The notes beneath the pieces were generated by a model. That model searched no databases, was not told the origin of the DNA, and worked only from the letters and a program-made list of their open reading frames with translations. A stretch of DNA of 64,000 nucleotides. Origin: Methanobacteriota archaeon (lineage in GTDB: Archaea > Thermoplasmatota > Poseidoniia > Poseidoniales > Thalassarchaeaceae). The first letter of the stretch is position 1. The number at the start of each line of letters is the position of its first letter. Location: positions 25,282 to 89,281 of the forward strand of contig WTHQ01000019.1 in the NCBI GenBank assembly GCA_011523055.1, given 5' to 3'. Of this stretch, positions 47,089-56,582 are shown one piece after another. The position numbers and the translations under genes were made by a program.

Positions 47089-47556
47089 GTGTCCACATCG
47101 AAGGCCATGGTGAGACCAGTTGAGGTAAAGGTCGTTAGGACTCATGCAGATGCGACTCTGCCGGAGAAAGCATCTGAATTCGCTGCAGGATGGGACATAA
47201 GAGCCTTGGAGGAGACCGTGGTGTCGTTCCGTAGTTCGGTCATGGTCCCAACAGGAATAAGAATCGCTATACCAGAGGGTTATGAGGGACAGATCAGAGC
47301 TCGATCCTCGTTGGGGAAAAAGGGCTTGATTTTACCGCATAGCATAGGAACCATAGACTCGGACTACAGAGGGGACCTCTACGTTCTGATGACGTGGATA
47401 GGCGAAGGGGACTCCTATGTGATAAGGAAAAAAGAGAGGATAGCACAACTGGTCATAGCGCCTATCCCGGAAGCGACATTCAGGGAAGTTGGGATTGAGG
47501 AATTAGGTGTTACGAAACGCGGCGAAGGGGGATTCGGCTCCACTGGTCGGTTCTGA
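47089..47556 (+). CDS. dut: dUTP diphosphatase
   Basis: Trimeric dUTPase motifs AAGWDI, RSSLGKKG, GTIDSDYRGDL, RIAQLVI, KRGEGGFGSTG. Confidence 0.85.
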   Translation: MSTSKAMVRPVEVKVVRTHADATLPEKASEFAAGWDIRALEETVVSFRSSVMVPTGIRIAIPEGYEGQIRARSSLGKKGLILPHSIGTIDSDYRGDLYVLMTWIGEGDSYVIRKKERIAQLVIAPIPEATFREVGIEELGVTKRGEGGFGSTGRF

Positions 47557-47614
47557 TGTAGTATTGATAGTATGTGCGAAGCATTCTTGATACATGGGCT
47601 CCCCTTAATGGACA

Positions 47615-48199
47615 ATGCCGCCTCAATCGATAGATGAACTCCGATCGACTGTGGCAGCTATGAAGGCCAAGGGTTTGAACTCTCAACAGATCGCTGATGA
47701 GCTATCGCTTTCCCAGACCACGATACAATGGCTTTCATCCAGCCAGGCCCCCGTTGAGGATCACCCCGTGGACATCAGAGTTGGTTGGAGATCGATTGCC
47801 GTGAAGGGTGAAAGGATAGAATCCGTCTCCGAAATTTTTGCGGATATAATGTTGGAGGAGGTTGGAACTGACGTGGATGCGATTGTGGGAATCTCGATTA
47901 ATGGAATTCCATTTGCAACCTGCATTGCGGCTGGCATGGACCTTGAGCTCAGCATAGCACGAACCATAAGCGAAGAAGAAGGAGGGCATTTGTCCGAGGT
48001 GTTTGCTGGAATCAAGGGGAAGAGAGTCGTTGTCATTGATGACGTGGTATCATCTGGAATGACCATGCGGAAGACGATCGAGCACCTGACAAACTCAGGT
48101 GCAGAGGTGATCTTGTGCCTTGTATTGGTAAACAAAACATGGATGGACGAGTTAGACGGAGTGCCATTGAGAGCACTAGTTAGGGCGGCAAGAATCTGA
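47615..48199 (+). CDS. PyrE-like phosphoribosyltransferase-domain protein with N-terminal HTH (GfcR-family regulator)
   Basis: N-terminal HTH LNSQQIADELSLSQTTIQWL. PRPP-binding motif VVVIDDVVSSGMTM. Confidence 0.65.
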   Translation: MPPQSIDELRSTVAAMKAKGLNSQQIADELSLSQTTIQWLSSSQAPVEDHPVDIRVGWRSIAVKGERIESVSEIFADIMLEEVGTDVDAIVGISINGIPFATCIAAGMDLELSIARTISEEEGGHLSEVFAGIKGKRVVVIDDVVSSGMTMRKTIEHLTNSGAEVILCLVLVNKTWMDELDGVPLRALVRAARI

Positions 48200-48203
48200 G
48201 TGT

Positions 48204-49778
48204 GTGCACATGCATTGGGCGAACCATGCCGCGATTAGACTGTCCCAGAGGGAGGGCATACAGACAATCGCATCTGGGATCACTCCCTCGGGAAGTTTCC
48301 ACATCGGACACCTGAGGGAGATTCTCACTGCAGAGATGATCCACAGGTCGTGTATTGACATCGGCCTGCAATCAAGATACATCTTCATTGTCGACAGCAT
48401 GGACCCCCTCCGGAGAGTGTATCCATTCCTGAGCGAAGAATACCAGGATTTCATTGGGAAGCCCTTGGCCAACATACCTGCGCCGGGCCCCGAGGGAAGG
48501 CCTGATCCCACTTTGGGAAGTTATGCTGACCACTTCCTCAGGCCATTCCTGGTGGCTCTGAAAGCGATAGGAGTTTCACCAGAATTAGTCATGAGTCACG
48601 AAGTATATTCATCTGGAAAAATGGAAGGGAAGATAGACGAGGCAATATCGAAGCGCTCTGAAATCAGAGAGATAATTGAGTCTATTTCCGGCAGGGAACT
48701 CCACGAGGATTGGTTCCCATACAACCCCTTGGGGTCAGATGGTAGTTTCGATGGAGTCAAGGTGTTGGGCTACGAAAATCCCTACGTTCATTGGATAGAT
48801 GAAAAGGGAGTGGAAGGGAAAAGCGACATCCGCAAGGGACAGGGTAAAATGCCATGGAGAGTGGATTGGTCTGCCCGCTGGGGCCTTCACGGGATCACCT
48901 GCGAACCAGCAGGAAAGGATCATGGGGCAGCAGGGGGCTCTTACGACACAGGAATTCCAATATCAAGGACACTTGGCTACGAACCCCCTGAAAAAATGGT
49001 CTATGAATGGATCCAGATCAAGGGGGGCGGTCCGATGTCAAGCTCAAGTGGGAACACGATCGGCCCAATAGAAGCTCTCGAGATTGTTCCCCCTGAGATT
49101 ATTCGCTTCCTGATCGCGAGAACGAAGATGGGGAAACACATCGACTTTGATACAGGGAACATGCTCTTCGAAATAGCAGATGAGTACGAAAGGCTTTCAT
49201 CAAGCCCGCCGGTAGTTGATGTGAGTGCTCCTAGGAGGAAGCAGGTCGCGGCACAAACGGCGTTAGGAGCTCTAAAGTTGAGTCAAATAAAACCCGGGGA
49301 AGATCCAGGTTCTGATCAAGTCCCCCTCAGGCATCTTGCTATGCTCGCCCAGGTTAGATCAGGGGATCAAGAAGTTTGGTCGTCCTTAGTTAGGTCAGGC
49401 CACATTGAAGGTCTCCCCAGTGAGTCTTTGAAGACCCGGCTGAGAAAAATGAGGGATTGGATTGCTAGTGACCATTTTCCTGATGAGCATAGAATTCATA
49501 TTTCGACAAAAATACCTGATGCGATCCTGACGGACTTATCTTCCTCTCAGAAGGACTTCCTCCTCTCCCTATCCGTCTCTCTGGAAGCATGTGAATGGTC
49601 AGAGCCCGAGATAAATTCAGCTCTCCTCAGAACCATGGACGACAGCGAACTATCGAGAAAGGAGTGCTACTCGTTAGTCTACAAGGCACTAATTGGGCGT
49701 GATCGAGGGCCCAAAGTCTCCACTTTGATCACTGAATGCGACAGGAGCATTATGGTAAATCTGCTGAATTCCATCTAG
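48204..49778 (+). CDS. lysK: lysine--tRNA ligase, class I
   Basis: HIGH-type motif SGSFHIGHLREI; class I LysRS KMSKS variant PMSSSSGNTIGP. Confidence 0.9.
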   Translation: MHMHWANHAAIRLSQREGIQTIASGITPSGSFHIGHLREILTAEMIHRSCIDIGLQSRYIFIVDSMDPLRRVYPFLSEEYQDFIGKPLANIPAPGPEGRPDPTLGSYADHFLRPFLVALKAIGVSPELVMSHEVYSSGKMEGKIDEAISKRSEIREIIESISGRELHEDWFPYNPLGSDGSFDGVKVLGYENPYVHWIDEKGVEGKSDIRKGQGKMPWRVDWSARWGLHGITCEPAGKDHGAAGGSYDTGIPISRTLGYEPPEKMVYEWIQIKGGGPMSSSSGNTIGPIEALEIVPPEIIRFLIARTKMGKHIDFDTGNMLFEIADEYERLSSSPPVVDVSAPRRKQVAAQTALGALKLSQIKPGEDPGSDQVPLRHLAMLAQVRSGDQEVWSSLVRSGHIEGLPSESLKTRLRKMRDWIASDHFPDEHRIHISTKIPDAILTDLSSSQKDFLLSLSVSLEACEWSEPEINSALLRTMDDSELSRKECYSLVYKALIGRDRGPKVSTLITECDRSIMVNLLNSI

Positions 49779-52700
49779 ATGGTGCCTATCGTCAAACTCC
49801 TGGGCTCAGGTAAACCCTTGGCCATCTCAGAAATAGCGAGTACTTCCATTGTGGCGCCAGACAGGGTAGTGACGAATGGTATGTTCAACTCAACTGCCAG
49901 CCTTCTCATCATGTTTCCATCCAAGACCGCGCCGCCGGAATTTGTTGGTGTATTGATGATCAACTGGATCCTCCCCTCCCTCATGAGGTCCAATGCATCG
50001 GGAGACCCTTGTTCAGTTATCCGGAAGGCGTTGTTCACCTCCAGACCGCCTATCTCCCTTAGTGCCGCAGCCGTTCCACGAGTCGCATAGAGTTCGAATC
50101 CCAATTCTTTGAGGGATTTGGCGAGGGGGATTATTGAGTCTTTGTCGGCATCCTTCACTGTGAGGTATACGCCACCTTGGGTTGGAACGGGAATTTCGGT
50201 AGCCATCCTGGCTTTCAGATAAGCTGCGGCAGCGTTCTCGTGGGACCCCATGACCTCTCCTGTGGATTTCATCTCTGGCCCGGGAGCTGGGTCCAACCCA
50301 CGCAGTTTGATGAAGGGGAATACTGGGGCCTTGACTGCGACGGCGTCTTCTTGCCTCTCCGGAATATCCAGATCGGACAGCCTATCTCCCATCGTCAGTC
50401 GTGCTGCTATCCTCGCAAGTGGTATGCCGGTTGATTTTGCAACGAATGGGAAGGTCCTGGACCCCCGAGGATTCACCTCTAGGACATACAGGAGATCCCC
50501 CTTGATTGCGTATTGGATGTTGAAGCAACCGATTACACCTAGCTCTAGTCCGATTATTCGCGTCCATTCTTCGACGATGGAGAGGATTCTATCCGGGACG
50601 TTTTGGGTCGGGATGAAGCATGTAGAGTCGCCTGAGTGAATTCCAGCTTCCTCAAGATGTTCCATGACAGCGCCGATCAGGACCTCTTTGCCATCACATA
50701 CAGCATCCACGTCAAGTTCGATGGCGTTGCCGAGGTATTCATCTACTAGCAAGGGTTTCTCCGGTGCTACGTAGGCCTCGTTCATGTATGCCTCTAGCTG
50801 AATATCATCTGTCAGGACCTCCATGCCTCTACCTCCTAGGACATATGATGGTCGGATCAGGACTGGGTACCCTATGGTCTGGGCAGCAGCTCGAACTGCT
50901 TGGGGGTCGATGGCTGTAGCCCCTCGTGGCATCCTGAGATTGTACCTCCGAGCAAAATCCTCGAACCTATGCCTGTCACTTGCCTCGTCAACGGAATCTG
51001 GTGAAGTTCCAGCCATTTTCAGTGATATTCCCATCTTCTCAAGGTGGTCAAGTTGGCCTTCGATCGGCAGCGCGAGATTGATGGCGGTTTGGCCGCCGAA
51101 TTGAAGGAGGATGCCATCAGCTTGCTCACGTAGCAATATTTCCAAGACAGATTCTAGCGTTAGTGGGTCGAAGTAGAGTCTATCGCTCGTGTCAAAATCA
51201 GTGGAGACGGTCTCTGGGTTGTTGTTGATGATGATGGCCTCGTGCCCCATGTCCCGAATTGCTCCAACAGCATGGACGCACCCATAATCGAACTCTATGC
51301 CTTGGCCTATCCTAATTGGTCCTGAGCCAATGACGACGATGCGTTCGACCCCCTCCTTAGGCTTTTGAGGCGTAACATCAACCCCCTCACGGGCATCCCC
51401 TCCCTCATACGTCGAGTAATAGTAAGGGGTAACTGCGGCGAACTCGGCCGCACAGGAGTCGACCATTCTGAAGACTGGATGGATCCCCAGCGAGTGTCTG
51501 TGCCTCGTCATCAACTCCGTGGTTTGATTTTCTCCTTCTATTGAGAAGCCATTCATAGCATCGGATATGTGGGCATCGGAGAATCCATATCCTTTCCACC
51601 TCCTGATTCTACCTTCATCTAGATCTGCAACCTTGTTATTTTCGCCATAGTCTAGAATTTCCCCTTCAATGGTGGCCATGATCTGGAACCTATGCAAGAA
51701 CCATCGCGTGACGCCTCCTGTCAACTCCCTGACCTTCTCGATGCCCCACCCTCTCCTGAATGCCTCGAACAAGGCCCCCATTCTCCTATCAGATGGGATT
51801 GTCAGCCATTCCTCCAAAGTCTCGTCACTGAGGGGGGTGGTGGATCGCTCATCATTGGTCTCGCCCCCCGACGCATCGGCCATGGTCAGAGGCCTGGGGT
51901 GGGGTGATCCGTATTCTAGGCTGGACCAAGCCTTGAGGAATGCCTCCTCGAAGCGCCTACCGATTGCCATCACCTCCCCAGTTGATTTCATCGAGGTTCC
52001 AATCGTTCTGTCTGCAGTCCTGAATTTGTCGAATGGCCACCTTGGGATTTTGACCACGCAATAGTCCAGGGTGGGTTCGAATGCGGCGGTCGTCCCTTCG
52101 CCAGTTATTGGGTTTGGGAGTTCATCCAAGGTGTATCCGACTGCAATAAGAGCGGCCATTCTCGCTATTGGGTATCCTGTGGCCTTGGATGCCAGAGCCG
52201 ACGATCGACTTACCCGAGGATTGACTTCGATGACCCTGTAATCACCAGTCGATTGCTCGACTGCAAATTGAACATTGCATCCGCCTTTGATGTTCAGCCT
52301 TCGGATCAGTCTCAGTGCGGCATCCCTGAGTATTTGATGATCCTTGTCAGACAAGGTCTGTTGTGGGGCTACTACAACGGATTCACCAGTATGTACGCCC
52401 ATTGGGTCTAGATTCTCCATGGTGCAGACAATGATAGCGTTGTCTGAGGAGTCCCTCATTACCTCATACTCGTGCTCCTGCCATCCGAGTATGCTCTCCT
52501 CGATTAGCACTTGACCTATGGATGAGTGCAATATGCCCTGTTGGGCGATCTCCACCAACTCGCCTGTGTTGAATGCAGTGCCGCCTCCGAGCCCTCCCAA
52601 TGTGAATGCTGGTCTGATCAGGAGAGGGTATGCGCCCAAGTCCTCGGCTGCTTCAAGGACCTCTTCGACAGAGCTGCAGGCGATTGCCCTGCAAACGGGC

Positions 52701-53122
52701 AGTCCGATCTCCTCACAGACTTTCTTGAAGCGATCCCTGTCCTCAGCATCGTCTATCGCATCAAGGTCACAGCCGATTAGTTCGACTCCCAGCCTGGCCA
52801 ACGTCCCATCATGGGCGAGTGCCGTGGCAATGTTCAGGGCAGTCTGGCCGCCCATGCCCGCCAGCAATGCGTCAGGAGACTCGATCTCCAATATCCTAGT
52901 GACAACCTCGGGCAATAACGGCTCGATGTAGATCTTGTCAGCCATCTCAGGATCATTCTGAATGGTTGCGGGATTGGAGTTGATCAGAATCACCTCATAA
53001 CCATCATCCCTGAGTGCCCTACACGCTTGGGACCCCGAAAAGTCGAACTCGGCAGCCTGCCCAATTCTTATCGGGCCAGACCCAAGGATGACGATACGTT
53101 GCAAGTCGTTCCTTCGTGGCAT
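49775..53122 (-). CDS. carB: carbamoyl-phosphate synthase large subunit
   Basis: IVILGSGPIRIGQAAEFDFSGSQA N-terminus. Duplicated ATP-grasp halves (second half IVVIGSGPIRIGQGIEFDYG). MGS-like C-terminus. Confidence 0.95.
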   Translation of the reverse strand: MPRRNDLQRIVILGSGPIRIGQAAEFDFSGSQACRALRDDGYEVILINSNPATIQNDPEMADKIYIEPLLPEVVTRILEIESPDALLAGMGGQTALNIATALAHDGTLARLGVELIGCDLDAIDDAEDRDRFKKVCEEIGLPVCRAIACSSVEEVLEAAEDLGAYPLLIRPAFTLGGLGGGTAFNTGELVEIAQQGILHSSIGQVLIEESILGWQEHEYEVMRDSSDNAIIVCTMENLDPMGVHTGESVVVAPQQTLSDKDHQILRDAALRLIRRLNIKGGCNVQFAVEQSTGDYRVIEVNPRVSRSSALASKATGYPIARMAALIAVGYTLDELPNPITGEGTTAAFEPTLDYCVVKIPRWPFDKFRTADRTIGTSMKSTGEVMAIGRRFEEAFLKAWSSLEYGSPHPRPLTMADASGGETNDERSTTPLSDETLEEWLTIPSDRRMGALFEAFRRGWGIEKVRELTGGVTRWFLHRFQIMATIEGEILDYGENNKVADLDEGRIRRWKGYGFSDAHISDAMNGFSIEGENQTTELMTRHRHSLGIHPVFRMVDSCAAEFAAVTPYYYSTYEGGDAREGVDVTPQKPKEGVERIVVIGSGPIRIGQGIEFDYGCVHAVGAIRDMGHEAIIINNNPETVSTDFDTSDRLYFDPLTLESVLEILLREQADGILLQFGGQTAINLALPIEGQLDHLEKMGISLKMAGTSPDSVDEASDRHRFEDFARRYNLRMPRGATAIDPQAVRAAAQTIGYPVLIRPSYVLGGRGMEVLTDDIQLEAYMNEAYVAPEKPLLVDEYLGNAIELDVDAVCDGKEVLIGAVMEHLEEAGIHSGDSTCFIPTQNVPDRILSIVEEWTRIIGLELGVIGCFNIQYAIKGDLLYVLEVNPRGSRTFPFVAKSTGIPLARIAARLTMGDRLSDLDIPERQEDAVAVKAPVFPFIKLRGLDPAPGPEMKSTGEVMGSHENAAAAYLKARMATEIPVPTQGGVYLTVKDADKDSIIPLAKSLKELGFELYATRGTAAALREIGGLEVNNAFRITEQGSPDALDLMREGRIQLIINTPTNSGGAVLDGNMMRRLAVELNIPFVTTLSGATMEVLAISEMAKGLPEPRSLTIGTI

Positions 53123-54444
53123 TATGCTCTGCTCCTTACGCCTTGGGCTGATTTCAAGTGAGTTGCGACCATTGACTCGAATCGATCGAAGAGGAGTGAT
53201 GCGTCATGGGGTCCGGGGCAAGCTTCGGGATGGAATTGAATTGTGAAACAAGGCTTGTCCAAGAGATCCAGTCCCTCGACAGTCCCGTCGTTTGCGTTAA
53301 CATACCTGACTTGGAATTCTGACTCCAGTGTATTTCCGCAGGAGTCGGAGAGGGCCCCAGAGGGATGTGGAGCCAACATCCCCCTAGATGGGTCCTCGAC
53401 AGCAAACCCATGGTTCTGGCTAGTGATGTGGACCTTGTTGGATTGCAGATCTAGAACTGGCTGATTCGCACCCCTGTGTCCATATCTCAACTTGTATGTT
53501 CTCAAGCCGGCGGCAAGTCCCATGAGCTGATGTCCAAGGCAGATTCCCATGACTGGAAATTCCTTTCTTACCGCTTCAGCCAAACATTCCTTCACCCTGC
53601 TAGCTGCGCCAGGATGGGCTGGATCCCCTGGGCCGTTTGAAGCGAAAAACGCGACGGGGCTCCAGGCCTCGATGATTTCATCGAAAGACATGTCTGCTGG
53701 GCACCAGACGACTTCGAACCTCCTGCTTAGCTCTCTGAGAATGTTGAACTTGATTCCACAGTCAAGAACTGCTAGTCGTGGCAACGGCAGGCCTTCGTTA
53801 GAAGTAGCCCCCTGATTTAGGATCACGGGCGATGGTATTGTTACCTCGGCTACCAAATCACACTCGTCAGGTGGGCGCATTGATTTGAGTGTGTTTGCCA
53901 TATCTTGCTCCATTGCCAACGGCCCAAATATTGCAAGCATCGTACCATGCTCCCTCACTATTCTGGTCAGCGAACGGGTGTCTACGTCGCAAATTCCAGG
54001 AGTGCCATGGATTGCTAGAAAGTCATGCACACTTCCGATCGAGTCCCGATGGTCTGGTTGGAGCATCAGTTCCCTGCATACAATCCCCCTTGGGTGTATT
54101 CCAGAGGACTCACTCAGCCCTTGGTGAATCCCATAATTTCCTAAGAGGGGCCATGTGAATGTGAGGATCTGCCCATTAAACGAAGGATCGGTCATACTCT
54201 CCTGATAACCGCACATTCCCGTTGTGAATACCAACTCACCCATACCGATTCCACATGATCCGAATAGCCTACCTTCAAGCCTAGTTCCGTCTGCGAGTAG
54301 TAGTAGGCCTTCTGGCCCGGTAAATTCGGGTACCTGGGAGGACTCGAGTAAAATATCAGCCGCATCTTCAAAATTTGGTGGATCAGTTACTCCTTGTTGC
54401 CCGACCCCGGGGCTGAAAGTGCCACGGTTCGGAGCCTTTGACAT
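53122..54444 (-). CDS. carA: carbamoyl-phosphate synthase small subunit (glutamine amidotransferase)
   Basis: CPSase_sm N-terminal domain (LLLADGTRLEGRLFG). GATase triad region GICLGHQLM...HPE. Carries ~40 extra N-terminal residues relative to canonical CarA. Confidence 0.9.
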   Translation of the reverse strand: MSKAPNRGTFSPGVGQQGVTDPPNFEDAADILLESSQVPEFTGPEGLLLLADGTRLEGRLFGSCGIGMGELVFTTGMCGYQESMTDPSFNGQILTFTWPLLGNYGIHQGLSESSGIHPRGIVCRELMLQPDHRDSIGSVHDFLAIHGTPGICDVDTRSLTRIVREHGTMLAIFGPLAMEQDMANTLKSMRPPDECDLVAEVTIPSPVILNQGATSNEGLPLPRLAVLDCGIKFNILRELSRRFEVVWCPADMSFDEIIEAWSPVAFFASNGPGDPAHPGAASRVKECLAEAVRKEFPVMGICLGHQLMGLAAGLRTYKLRYGHRGANQPVLDLQSNKVHITSQNHGFAVEDPSRGMLAPHPSGALSDSCGNTLESEFQVRYVNANDGTVEGLDLLDKPCFTIQFHPEACPGPHDASLLFDRFESMVATHLKSAQGVRSRA

Positions 54445-54477
54445 CAGTTATGTTGGCATAATGCGATTCTTATACAT

Positions 54478-55050
54478 TCACAAAGGTTCCTTCTTTCTGT
54501 CGAATATCGACTTCCCACTTTTCGAGGGCAAAACCTTGATTTCTGGATTGGAAAACCTACTTTCCAAGGCTACGGACTTGAACCACTCTGACATTGTGAT
54601 GGCTAGGGCGGCTACCTCAGAATGTGGTTGGTTGCCAACTGATACGTTGTAATCGGCGATCCCAAACAACTCACCTGGCACCTTTGCCCCTCCTACGACC
54701 AACGCGACAGGGCGATCGCGCCTTACCTTCGGCAGTGCCTCTAGGTGGCTTTCACCATACATCGTAAGGTGAATCACAGTTCCAGCAGGACAGTCTTCAC
54801 CTCCTTGTTTGAATTTTTTGAGATACCCCATTGGATTTGTACCAAAGCGGGCATTGAATTTGCCTCCGAATCTCCCGGAGACCTCTGTCAATGTTTGGAC
54901 GATGCTCGGATCGTGATCTCCAAAGATTACCATTCCATCGGCACCCAGGGCTCTGGCGGTGAGGCCCAAGTGGGAGGTCATCCTCTTGTCACGATCGACT
55001 CGGTGTCCAAGTCGGATTACATCAAAAGTTGGTAGCCAGTCCATGTCCAC
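54478..55050 (-). CDS. tRNA (cytidine56-2'-O)-methyltransferase
   Basis: IRLGHRVDRDKRMTSHLGLTARALGADGM matches the aTrm56 SPOUT N-terminus. Confidence 0.75.
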   Translation of the reverse strand: MDMDWLPTFDVIRLGHRVDRDKRMTSHLGLTARALGADGMVIFGDHDPSIVQTLTEVSGRFGGKFNARFGTNPMGYLKKFKQGGEDCPAGTVIHLTMYGESHLEALPKVRRDRPVALVVGGAKVPGELFGIADYNVSVGNQPHSEVAALAITMSEWFKSVALESRFSNPEIKVLPSKSGKSIFDRKKEPL

Positions 55051-55053
55051 GGC

Positions 55054-55677
55054 TCATGGAAACGGTGTTTGCTCATCATCCTCACCCTCGTTATACTCCT
55101 TAGCTACCTCAAAAACGTCAAACGGGAGATAATGGTGTTGCCCTAGGACCCATGAGAGGAGTATTGCACTGATACCACTCATGACAGCTAGGTATGTCAA
55201 AAGTGAAAGAACAGCGAGTCGTGTAGTCGCAGCAAGTGCGATGGTTACCTCGTCGATGGAACCCACCAATAGGAGCCCTATTGGTTCAATTATCAGGTAA
55301 GCGACGAGAAGGGCTGTTCCACCACCAAAAAGGAGGGCCCACGGAGTGCCTCTATAGCTCCCAAAAACGAAGACTACGGTAGATAGGAGGACTAAAATCG
55401 GAACAACGATGCTGGCTGTTTGAAATTCCAGGCCGAGCAGCGAGCTCGGTATGTCTGAGTCTCCGAGTTGAGCCCCTCCCTTCGCGACTGTTATCCACCA
55501 GACCAAGGCGGCAGCCATAGCATAGGCACCCGAGAGAAGTCCAGCGTTGGTCATTAGACTTCTCATATGGTGGGAATCAGTCGGATTATGCCTTAGGACG
55601 ATGGACTGCATCAATTCTGCAGTCTCTGGTGGTATAGGGTCTTCATTACGGTCTTCTGACCCCCCCTCCTCTATCAT
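55054..55677 (-). CDS. hypothetical polytopic membrane protein
   Basis: Five or six predicted TM helices. Acidic C-terminus. Confidence 0.5.
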   Translation of the reverse strand: MIEEGGSEDRNEDPIPPETAELMQSIVLRHNPTDSHHMRSLMTNAGLLSGAYAMAAALVWWITVAKGGAQLGDSDIPSSLLGLEFQTASIVVPILVLLSTVVFVFGSYRGTPWALLFGGGTALLVAYLIIEPIGLLLVGSIDEVTIALAATTRLAVLSLLTYLAVMSGISAILLSWVLGQHHYLPFDVFEVAKEYNEGEDDEQTPFP

Positions 55678-55715
55678 CGTGCACCATCCAATTCCATTAC
55701 ATCATAAAGCCAACG

Positions 55716-56582
55716 TTGTTTCCGACGTCCGTGAGCGCAGACTTGGGGGGTCCTGGGTTCCACGGGACGGGCTCTGGACCAGCACTGATGGGAGTCGTAA
55801 ACGTAACTCCTGACTCATTTTATTCCAGGTCAAGGGTATCGGGGGTCGAAGAAGGCATAATTCGTTCCTTAGAGATGATTGAACAGGGCGCTTCGATAAT
55901 TGACATAGGGGGGGAGTCTACTCGGCCCGGTTCTAAACCAGTGTCAACAGACGAGGAGGTTTCAAGAGTGATTCCTGTGATAGAAGGTGTATTGGAAGCC
56001 TATCCAGAAGCGATTATTTCGGTGGATACCAGCAAGCCATCAGTTGCCAAACGAGCCATCTCCTCAGGGTGTAGGATGGTGAATGATGTAACTGGCGCGA
56101 TCGACCATGAGATGATCGATCTTGTTGCCTCGACCGACTCATGGATTTGCGTGATGCACATGAAAGGTGTACCTAGCGACATGCAAAATGACCCCAAGTA
56201 TGGAGATGTCGTATCAGAGGTCAGGAGTTTTCTGGGCACAAGGGTTTCTTCGTTGTTGGACGCAGGGGTAGAAAGAAACAAGATTCTGGTAGACCCCGGA
56301 ATAGGGTTCGGCAAGACTCTGGCACACAATTTGGAGCTATTGAAGAGCGGTCGTGACATAATTCCGGAAGAGGGTGTCGGCATTCTATGGGGAGTCAGTA
56401 GGAAGAGATTATTCGCTGACTTGCTTGGCAGAAATGACGTTGATGAGCGCTTGCCCGGCACATTAGGAGTAGCGGCCGCGGGGTACTTGGCTGAGATTGA
56501 TGTTCTCAGAGTTCATGACGTAATGGCCCATTCTGACTTGATTCGATCTTTGCACTCAAGTATTCATGGAAGTGAGGTCTGA
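55716..56582 (+). CDS. folP: dihydropteroate synthase
   Basis: MGVVNVTPDSFY...IIDIGGESTRPGS...VDPGIGFGK pterin-binding motifs. Confidence 0.85.
   Translation: MFPTSVSADLGGPGFHGTGSGPALMGVVNVTPDSFYSRSRVSGVEEGIIRSLEMIEQGASIIDIGGESTRPGSKPVSTDEEVSRVIPVIEGVLEAYPEAIISVDTSKPSVAKRAISSGCRMVNDVTGAIDHEMIDLVASTDSWICVMHMKGVPSDMQNDPKYGDVVSEVRSFLGTRVSSLLDAGVERNKILVDPGIGFGKTLAHNLELLKSGRDIIPEEGVGILWGVSRKRLFADLLGRNDVDERLPGTLGVAAAGYLAEIDVLRVHDVMAHSDLIRSLHSSIHGSEV

Noticed and set aside
50250-50639. 129-aa plus-strand ORF inside carB
   Set aside because: carB on the opposite strand is unambiguous across its whole length. The antisense ORF is a frame artefact.
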